Below the pieces are notes generated by a model, which saw only the letters and a list, made by a program, of their open reading frames with translations, was not told where the DNA came from and searched no databases. A program made the position numbers and the translations under genes. Below are positions 8,911-15,448 of a stretch of 15,894 nt of DNA, one piece after another. Each line of letters opens with the position of its first letter. Position 1 is the first letter of the stretch. This stretch comes from Candidatus Ratteibacteria bacterium (GTDB lineage Bacteria; Ratteibacteria; UBA8468; B48-G9; DTJG01). Where the stretch lies: contig JBMFLH010000043.1 in NCBI GenBank assembly GCA_049971295.1, positions 1 to 15,894 of the forward strand, read 5' to 3'.

Positions 8911-9822
8911 ATGGCATTTGTCCCTGCTTATAAAAATTTATCTGAAGAAGAATTTCAAGAACGAATTGAGCAGTTTGAAAAAATTCTTTCACAGTGTTTA
9001 CTCTGCCCAAGAAAATGTGGCGTCAATAGAATTAAAGGTGAAAAAGGTTATTGCAAGGCTACCGCAAACCTTTATATATCAAGTTATGGTGCACACTTTG
9101 GGGAAGAAAGTATTCTTGTTGGCAGATATGGCTCTGGAACGATTTTCCTCTCGTGGTGCAATCTCAGGTGCCTATTCTGCCAGAATTATGACATTTCTAT
9201 TGAAGGAATAGGACAGCGCACCTCAATTGAGACATGCGCTGAAATTATGCTTTATCTTCAAAAAAGAAATTGCCACAATATCAACCTTGTTACGCCAACT
9301 CATTACGCACCACAACTTTTAAAAGCAATAAAAATTGCTTCTCATAAAGGGCTTAACCTGCCAATTGTCTGGAACTGCGGGGGATATGAAAATCCTGAAA
9401 TTATTAAACTACTTGAAGGAATCGTTGACATATATATGCCTGATATAAAGTATTCAAAATCACAAATAGCGAAACTTCTGTCAAATGCACCGGATTATTT
9501 TGAAAAATGCAAGTTGGCAGTCAAAGAGATGTTCAGACAGGTAGGAGAAATGCAGATTGAAAATGGTGTCGCAAAGAAAGGATTGTTAATCAGACATCTG
9601 GTGCTTCCAGATCATGTGGCAGGCAGTGAGGAAATTTTCCGTTTTATAAAGAACGAGCTTTCAGACAGGGTTTTTATCAATATAATGGCTCAATATCGGC
9701 CATACGGAAAAATACCGGAACGAATAAATAGGCCCATCACTCAGAAAGAATATCAAGAGGCAATAGAATTTGCAAGAAGCATAGGTCTTAAAAATATCAT
9801 CATTCAAAATATATTTATTTGA
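8911..9822 (+). CDS. pflX: Radical SAM Fe-S protein of the PflX family (annotated as putative pyruvate formate-lyase activating enzyme), 303 aa
   Basis: N-terminal CLLCPRKCGVNR...GYC, HFGEE, GSGTIF.SWCNLRCLFCQN (CxxxCxxC), CHNINLVTPTH, VDIYMPDIKY, GLLIRHLVLP, NIMAQYRP; starts 3 nt after the upstream stop. Confidence 0.88.
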   Translation: MAFVPAYKNLSEEEFQERIEQFEKILSQCLLCPRKCGVNRIKGEKGYCKATANLYISSYGAHFGEESILVGRYGSGTIFLSWCNLRCLFCQNYDISIEGIGQRTSIETCAEIMLYLQKRNCHNINLVTPTHYAPQLLKAIKIASHKGLNLPIVWNCGGYENPEIIKLLEGIVDIYMPDIKYSKSQIAKLLSNAPDYFEKCKLAVKEMFRQVGEMQIENGVAKKGLLIRHLVLPDHVAGSEEIFRFIKNELSDRVFINIMAQYRPYGKIPERINRPITQKEYQEAIEFARSIGLKNIIIQNIFI

Positions 9823-9847
9823 TTTCCAGTAAAAGTTCTGGTATATT
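9819..9847 (+). promoter_or_regulatory. Putative sigma70 promoter with extended -10
   Basis: TTGATT (9819-9824), 17-nt spacer, TATATT (9842-9847) preceded by TGG; same architecture as the promoter at 4450; lies upstream of ATG 9873. Confidence 0.55.
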
Positions 9848-9872
9848 GAAAAATATTAAAAAAAGAACTTGT

Positions 9873-10641
9873 ATGGATATTAAATGCGTATGGTGGGATG
9901 GATACCATAATGCCTTTACAGATATTGCAAAATTTATGGATTGCTTTTTCATCACATTCAGGCATGCAACTCAGCATGGTGCTCCAGGCAGAGGTGAAAT
10001 CTATTTAATAAAATCAAATGATACTGAAAACTGGCGACTTTTATGCAAATTTCCCGCATTTCCAGACAGCAGGGATCCGAAACTTTTTGGTTTTCAAAAA
10101 CAAACTGGGAGTCATATTTTTTTCTATTTCTGATGATCCGGAAATGACTGGACACTGTGTTCATTCCTATGTTGCATATTCTGATAATGGACAAGGCTTT
10201 TTTGAACCGATAAAATTGAAAACTATAACGTCGGGTTCTGGAGAATAAGGGTCTGTCGTGATATTGCCTATGCAAGTGCCTGCAGGTCAATGCCTGAAGA
10301 AAGAGGTAGTTTTCTTTTTGCTTCTGACGACGGCATAAGATTTGAACCTATTTCTACCATCGTGAAAGTCTTTTTAAGACCCGACGGCAAAATTTATTCC
10401 TACATTAAAAATGAAAGCAAAAACAGCCATACCTGAACTTGATACAAAAGACATGATTTTTAGACCGGTTGTCATTCTTCCGACTGGTGGAGACACTTCT
10501 TATTGTGGTCCAATGATAGACAGCAGCAAACTATACATCAGCTATTATTCACAAAACGAACTTGAAAAAAGAGAAAGTGTGGTGGGAAAACATGCAACAG
10601 GAATTTATCTTGTAACAATCAAAACAATGGAGGGAAAATGA
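9873..10641 (+). pseudogene. Frameshifted exo-alpha-sialidase-like / BNR beta-propeller gene in four segments
   Basis: Family motifs are spread across frames: HNAFTDI..F...FR and DSRDPKL (frame of 9873); LVFKNKL...SYVAYSDNG..F (frame of 10018); GFWRIR...AY...LFASDDGIRF (back in the first frame, about 10218-10436); KTAI..LD...LPTGGDTSYCG...ISYYSQNE...IYL (frame of 10411). Shifts near 10084-10090, 10212-10217 and about 10400-10415. Confidence 0.8.
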
Positions 10642-10959
10642 AAGGAATTTTTATCTGTATCTTGACAGCGTTGGTTTTTCCAGTTTTAGTTCAGGCAGGA
10701 ATTAAAGATAAAACAAAACCCGGAAATATTTCAATAGTAAAAGACGGTGTGCCGGCTGCGGTAACTCTTATTCCAAAACAGCAATCCGTTACACCGAAAG
10801 TTATTGAAGCAGCAAAGGAAATACAGAACTATATCAAACAAATGTCTGGCGCAGAACTAAAAATTATTGCTGAAGACGAAAAAATTTCTCAGGACATTTC
10901 AACAGTTCTTTACATCGGTCATACAGAAGCAGCAAAAAAGAAAAAAATTAATATTCCTT
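10638..10959 (+). pseudogene. N-terminal fragment of a secreted DUF4838/GH20-domain-2-like protein, truncated at an IS end; reading frame runs on to a stop at 11033
   Basis: ATGA overlap with the previous gene and GGAGG upstream. Signal peptide (LVQA|G), then IVKDG.PAA..., EAAKEIQNYIKQMSGAELKI and LYIGHTEAA, typical of the N-terminal domain of large DUF4838-type proteins. Recognisable similarity stops at INIPS, where the IS-like end begins. Confidence 0.7.
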
Positions 10960-10978
10960 CACTACTGTCCAATAAAAC
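10960..10978. mobile_element. Solitary terminal inverted repeat resembling IS4-family (ISPepr1-type, DUF4372 transposase) ends
   Basis: CACTACTGTCCAATAAAAC (reverse complement ...TTGGACAGTAGTG) matches the CACTA(C/G)TGTCC end pattern I recall for this IS4 subgroup and coincides with the gene truncation. No transposase ORF or second end found in the window. Confidence 0.55.
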
Positions 10979-11036
10979 TTTTTGGCAATTTAATATTTTG
11001 AAAGCCGACCCCAGTAGGGTAAAATTAACTTAAATT

Positions 11037-11056
11037 AAAAACCCCTAAGGTTTTTT
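11037..11056. terminator. Weak, possibly bidirectional, hairpin
   Basis: AAAAACC-CCTAA-GGTTTTT(T): 7-bp mostly A/T stem just after the stop at 11033. Confidence 0.25.
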
Positions 11057-11167
11057 CACAAGAAAAATGAAAACCGGCTCTTTTTCAGAATGTAGAAGAA
11101 GAAAGAGAGATATTTACGGGTTTCAGTAAATATGCACCTATCTTGAAAAAATACGGAGGATAAGGTT

Positions 11168-13285
11168 ATGAAATCAAAAGAGATATTTGGTGCAGAGATT
11201 CAATATTTCCGTCTGGAGCCAGAATACTGGGAAAGGGTGATAAAATGTTTTAAGGATACCGGTCTCAGATGTGTGACAAGTTATGTGCCATGGAATACAC
11301 ACCTTGTAGGGTTGCCGGATAAAAAGAATCCCGCAGGTATTCTTGATTTTGAAGGAAAAACAAATCCTCGGTTAAATCTTATGAGATTTCTTGAACTTGT
11401 GGAGAAGTATGAACTTAATTTAAATTTTAGATGTGGCCCTTTTGTATGTAATGAAATGGTATATGGGGGCTATCCTCAATGGTTGGTTATGGGGCACCCT
11501 GATATGATGGTATGGGACTATCAGAATAGACCGGCACCTGGCTACTGGATAGCAAAGAAGGAAGGGTCTCAGCCGTCTTATCTTCATCCTGAATATCTTA
11601 TGTGGTGTAGAAAATGGTTTGATGCAGTTGATAAAATTATAGTTAAACATTTGAAGAGCAAAGGCGGATGTATTACGATGGTAAATCTGGATAACGAGGT
11701 AAGTTATATTGTGCAGGACGGTTTTCTTTCTTCTGACTATAATCCTGTGAATGTTGCTCCGGGAGGATACTACCATAAATTTTTAACAAAAAAATATAAA
11801 AAGGTCTCAAATCTACCCTATTCAAAGAGGTATGCCTGCATAGAAGATATTACTCCACCACGGTGTGTACCAGATGAATTAAAAGAGGATATTGCCTATT
11901 ACCTTGACTGGTGTGAATTTAAAGAATGGGTTATGTGTGAATATCTAAGGACCATTAGAAAATTCCATGAGGAAAATGGAGTGAAAGATGTTATTTTTAT
12001 GACCAATCTTAATCCGCATCTACCAGAAGGTGTACCAACCCGTATGCCTTCTTTTGAATCAGCGGTTGGTGGAATTGTTGGATATGACTTTTATAGAGGG
12101 ACTTTTATGAGTTATTCAGGGTATCATTCAATGGCAAGGATATTGAAATTGATGAACTCCTCTCTCAGATATACCTACTCTGCGGAATTTATGAGTGGCA
12201 CCTGGCAAAAAGTCCTTACCACAAGGGTTTCCTCTGACCATATGAGGTTTATGGCAAGATGTGCCTTATCTCAGGGATGTAAAGCAATATCATGGTTTAT
12301 GTTTCATGACAGGGATTGCTGGGGAGATGCACCTGTTAGTTCTCATGGGCACCGTCGTGAAAATCTTGATGTTCTGAAAGAAGTTCCTGAAATCCTTTTC
12401 AAAAAGATAAAAAACTGGGATAGCTTGCAACCACAATATGATGTGGGAATTATCTATGACATTATACAGCACCGCCATACATATATTGGGGACCCCTCTC
12501 CCTGTGATGACAATAACCTTTATATCGGGAAACCATTTATAGATAATATCCCTGCGGGAAGGGCATCAAAAGAATATATTGGGTTATTTCGCCTTATTGA
12601 AGAATGTGGTTACCAGGCAGATGCTATAGATATAGTCCATTCTACCAAAAATCTGGGAAAATATCCTTTGCTCTTCCTTCCAGGAGCACCGTTAATTGAA
12701 AAACAGGTGGTTGAAGCACTTAAAAATTATGTTGGAAGTGGAGGTGTTCTTGTATTGAGCGGTTGTTTGCCTAAAATAGATGAAAGAGGGGATGTTGTAA
12801 AATTTTTAGGAGCGGTCAGGAGTGAAAAAATAGAGGATGTAACCACAATTGAATATAAAAGTGGAAAGGTTATTGTTATCCCTGGATATATTGCACAGGA
12901 CGAGTGTGAAGAAGAGAATGTTCACAGTATTGGCCTGGTTAAGAAGATACTTAAAGGATATGTGGGAGACCCTGTTGTAAAAATAGAGATACCGGGGCCT
13001 GTGGAATGGACTGACTGGAAAAAAGAAGGGGGAGGGCATACTGTATACAGGCAGACAAGGAATTTAGGGTCTGCCATACTTCATAAAAACAATGATGAAA
13101 CAGTTCTTTTTGTTCTTAATCACTATCCTGAAGCAGCGAAGTTTATAATTACATTTAAGGACAGGCATTACAGGATATTGATAAATCTTGATACAGGAGA
13201 GATTATACCTGTAAAAAACAGAAAGGCAATACTGGATATAGATAGAAAGAGCGCCTGTATCTATTTAGTAAAATCCGGAGGGTAG
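11168..13285 (+). CDS. Cytoplasmic GH35-type beta-galactosidase / exo-beta-glucosaminidase-like glycosidase with GH42-type trimerisation domain, 705 aa
   Basis: GGAGG at 11155-11159. GH35 motifs GAEIQYFRL....W, SYVPWN.H, DFEG, RCGPFVCNE..YGGYP.W, NLDNE (acid/base), SAEFMSG (nucleophile). C-terminal YPLLFLPG...ALKNYVGSGGVLVLSG. No signal peptide. Confidence 0.88.
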   Translation: MKSKEIFGAEIQYFRLEPEYWERVIKCFKDTGLRCVTSYVPWNTHLVGLPDKKNPAGILDFEGKTNPRLNLMRFLELVEKYELNLNFRCGPFVCNEMVYGGYPQWLVMGHPDMMVWDYQNRPAPGYWIAKKEGSQPSYLHPEYLMWCRKWFDAVDKIIVKHLKSKGGCITMVNLDNEVSYIVQDGFLSSDYNPVNVAPGGYYHKFLTKKYKKVSNLPYSKRYACIEDITPPRCVPDELKEDIAYYLDWCEFKEWVMCEYLRTIRKFHEENGVKDVIFMTNLNPHLPEGVPTRMPSFESAVGGIVGYDFYRGTFMSYSGYHSMARILKLMNSSLRYTYSAEFMSGTWQKVLTTRVSSDHMRFMARCALSQGCKAISWFMFHDRDCWGDAPVSSHGHRRENLDVLKEVPEILFKKIKNWDSLQPQYDVGIIYDIIQHRHTYIGDPSPCDDNNLYIGKPFIDNIPAGRASKEYIGLFRLIEECGYQADAIDIVHSTKNLGKYPLLFLPGAPLIEKQVVEALKNYVGSGGVLVLSGCLPKIDERGDVVKFLGAVRSEKIEDVTTIEYKSGKVIVIPGYIAQDECEEENVHSIGLVKKILKGYVGDPVVKIEIPGPVEWTDWKKEGGGHTVYRQTRNLGSAILHKNNDETVLFVLNHYPEAAKFIITFKDRHYRILINLDTGEIIPVKNRKAILDIDRKSACIYLVKSGG

Positions 13286-13303
13286 GTCTTGTTGTTTTGC
13301 TTT

Positions 13304-13365
13304 CCTTCACACTTCTTGCCCTTCGGGCTTCCTCCCCCATCCGGGGGAGGATGAAGGTGGGGGTG
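13304..13365. repeat. GC-rich palindromic element (REP-like; may also act as terminator for the GH35 gene)
   Basis: Perfect 9-bp stem TCCTCCCCC (13330-13338)-ATCC-GGGGGAGGA (13343-13351), outer pairing CCTTCA (13304-13309)/TGAAGG (13352-13357), small GCCC-TTC-GGGC hairpin (13318-13328), and a GGTGGGGGTG tail; far more GC-rich than the flanks. Confidence 0.65.
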
Positions 13366-13419
13366 GTAGCCGCAGGTCCGTCTACGCTAACGCTCTGTCG
13401 GATAAACTTTAGCCTGGGT
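13366..13419 (+). repeat. GTAG-type REP palindrome interrupted by a 30-bp palindromic insert
   Basis: GTAGCCGCAGG (13366-13376) + insert TCCGTCTACGCTAACGCTCTGTCGGATAAA (13377-13406) + CTTTAGCCTGGGT (13407-13419). Removing the insert gives GTAGC-CGCAGGC-TTTA-GCCTGGG, a GTAG-led hairpin with one mismatch. Confidence 0.6.
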
Positions 13420-13501
13420 AAGGAAGGGGAAAAAAGGTAAAAGAAAAATCAAATCTCCGCCCTATGTAAGAGAAGAAAAAATGCGGAGTAAAGGAGGCAG
13501 A

Positions 13502-13831
13502 ATGGAGAAGAAAAACCTACCAAATCCAAGGATAGCGGCCTTGCTTTCTTTTCTTCTTAATGGGCTTGGCCAGATCTATAATGGAGAGATAAAAAAGGGG
13601 CTTACTCTGATATTCTCTTCAGGTGTTTCTATGCTGGTTTTAATACTGGGTGCTATCTTTCTCTTTTACTTTATAATAAGGACATTCACTACTTTGAGTT
13701 TTCTTATATGGGGTGTTGTCTTATTTCTTTTCGGGCTTACAGGAATGATAATAATCGGAATTTACAGCATCTCAGACGCTTATTATAAAGCAAAAAGGAT
13801 GTATGATGAATGTGAAAGGCGTGATATTTGA
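13502..13831 (+). CDS. Small integral membrane protein (TM2/DUF5683-like GLGQIYNG family), about 109 aa
   Basis: AAGGAGG SD at 13491-13497 favours ATG 13502. NP.IAALLSFL..GLGQIYNGEIKKG followed by two hydrophobic helices and YSISDAY..A. Confidence 0.8.
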   Translation: MEKKNLPNPRIAALLSFLLNGLGQIYNGEIKKGLTLIFSSGVSMLVLILGAIFLFYFIIRTFTTLSFLIWGVVLFLFGLTGMIIIGIYSISDAYYKAKRMYDECERRDI

Positions 13832-15440
13832 CTTTGATGGCACACTTGTAACACTCTCAATTGATTTTAGAAAGATAAAAGGAGCGCTCTTAAAAAGAGC
13901 ACGGGAATATAAATTAAAAATACCTCCTGGGGACCTCCCTATTCTTGAACTACTTGAGGAGATTAAAAGATTAAATGGCAAAAGAGGGAACGACTTTTAT
14001 TTTGAAGGGCATAGAATTTTAAAAGAAGAGGAACTCAATGCCTCCAGATATACACAGCCAAAAGAGGGTGTTTTAGAACTCCTTAAAAGTTTAAGAAAAA
14101 AGGGAATAAAGATTGGAATAATCACAAGAAACTGCAGAGAAGTTGTTGAAGAAGTTATAAAAAAATTCGGGATTCTTTACGATGTACTTCTTACACGAGA
14201 TGATGGCAAAAAGGTAAAGCCGGATAGTTCTCATATTAATGAGTGTTTGAGACATTTATCTCTTAAAAAAGATGAGGTTATCCTTATAGGTGACCATCCC
14301 TTTGATATAAAGGTGGGCAAAGAGCTGAATATATTAAGTATAGGGCTGAGAAGCGAGAATGTTTCAGAAGATGGGTTTTTGAAAGAAGGGGCGGACTTTG
14401 TTTTTGAAGATATAGGAGAGATTGGATATTTACTGGGGATGGAAGGTTTTAAGGCAGGAAAACTCCCCAACAGATTTTTAAGGTACCTGATTGAAAGATA
14501 TACTGCGAAAGATAAGGATGTGGTAGTTGGGCCAGGTATTGGTATTGACTGTGCAATCTTTAAGGTAAAAGACAGGACTGTCTTTGTAAAGACAGACCCA
14601 ATCACCCTTACTGCAAAAGATATTGGGTTCTATCTTGTGAATATAAATGTTAATGATATCTCTGTTATGGGGGGACTTCCATCACATCTTTTAACAGTTC
14701 TTTTATTTCCCGAAAGGACCACCTTCTCTGAGATTGAATATGTTTTTTCCCAGATAGGTGATGAGTGTAAAAAGTTTAATATAAAATGGATAGGCGGACA
14801 CACTGAAATTTTAAGCGGGATTAGTAGTCCAGTTGCGGTGCGGCTTTTGATTGGGAAAAAGATAAGAAGATTAAAACGACAGAATGTAAAGGTGGGAGAT
14901 AAGGTCTTTCTTCTTAAGGAGATTGGGGTAGAGGGTGCTTCTGTTATTGCGAGGGAGAAGTATGATGAGTTAAAAAAATATTTTTCTGAAAGGTATCTTG
15001 AAAAGGTCAAAGATGCAATCAAAGAGCCGGGGATAAGTATATATAAAGAGGCAAGGATATTATGGGAGAACCTTGATATAAAATATCTCCATGACCCAAC
15101 AGAGGGCGGTATCTCAACATCGCTTTATGAGATGTCAGAGGCAATGAATATAGGGCTTTTAATTGACCTTAAAAAATTGAGGTTTTATCCGCCTGTTATA
15201 AGGTTTTGTAAGGTTTTTAATCTTTCTCCGCTTGGAATTATCTCATCTGGCTGTATCACAGGCATAATAGACAGGCAGAAGGAGAAAAGTTTGATTGAAT
15301 TTTGCAAGAGAAAAAGGATAAAGATACAGGTTATAGGAGAAGTAGTAGATAAAAAAGGTGTCTGGTATGTCTCCAGTGGGGGGATACTTCCTTTTCCGAA
15401 ATTTTTCAGAGATGAGATAAACCGCCTCTTTCAATCATAA
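13803..15440 (+). CDS. Fusion: N-terminal HAD-superfamily phosphatase (Gph-like) + C-terminal AIR synthase/PurM-like (HypE/ThiL/SelD superfamily) domain, 545 aa
   Basis: HAD motifs IFDFDGTL, IITRN, KP, IGDHPFDI..G in residues ~1-210. Then GKLP, VVGPGIGIDCA, KTDPIT, NINVNDI..MGG.P, GGHTE, LHDPTEGG...L.E and PL..ISSG of the PurM-like family. Overlaps the upstream gene by up to 29 nt (start 13803 or 13806). Confidence 0.85.
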   Translation: MMNVKGVIFDFDGTLVTLSIDFRKIKGALLKRAREYKLKIPPGDLPILELLEEIKRLNGKRGNDFYFEGHRILKEEELNASRYTQPKEGVLELLKSLRKKGIKIGIITRNCREVVEEVIKKFGILYDVLLTRDDGKKVKPDSSHINECLRHLSLKKDEVILIGDHPFDIKVGKELNILSIGLRSENVSEDGFLKEGADFVFEDIGEIGYLLGMEGFKAGKLPNRFLRYLIERYTAKDKDVVVGPGIGIDCAIFKVKDRTVFVKTDPITLTAKDIGFYLVNINVNDISVMGGLPSHLLTVLLFPERTTFSEIEYVFSQIGDECKKFNIKWIGGHTEILSGISSPVAVRLLIGKKIRRLKRQNVKVGDKVFLLKEIGVEGASVIAREKYDELKKYFSERYLEKVKDAIKEPGISIYKEARILWENLDIKYLHDPTEGGISTSLYEMSEAMNIGLLIDLKKLRFYPPVIRFCKVFNLSPLGIISSGCITGIIDRQKEKSLIEFCKRKRIKIQVIGEVVDKKGVWYVSSGGILPFPKFFRDEINRLFQS

Positions 15441-15448
15441 TACTCAAT

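Noticed and set aside
8911..9822. Calling this pflA or an antiviral viperin-like radical SAM
   Set aside because: Motifs (CxxCPRxCxVNR, GSGTIF, HNINLVTPTH) are PflX-type; there is no PFL gene or defence context.
10081..10220. Programmed ribosomal frameshifting or phase variation in the sialidase-like gene
   Set aside because: The runs are short (4-5 nt), three shifts would be needed and a deletion appears to be present; decay is simpler.
13286..13500. Riboswitch, T-box, tRNA, SRP or tmRNA in the GC-rich intergenic region
   Set aside because: No conserved motifs of these RNAs recognised; palindromic repeat elements explain the structure better. An Rfam search would be needed to exclude this fully.
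2564..15434. Remaining short antisense or alternate-frame ORFs of 61-130 aa in the track
   Set aside because: Nested in or antisense to well-supported genes, with no recognisable motifs; the sense-strand pieces at 9819, 10018 and 10411 are treated as pseudogene fragments instead.
14450..15440. Naming the C-terminal domain hypE, thiL, selD or purM
   Set aside because: Lacks the HypE C-terminal PRIC motif and any supporting pathway context; only superfamily-level assignment is justified.
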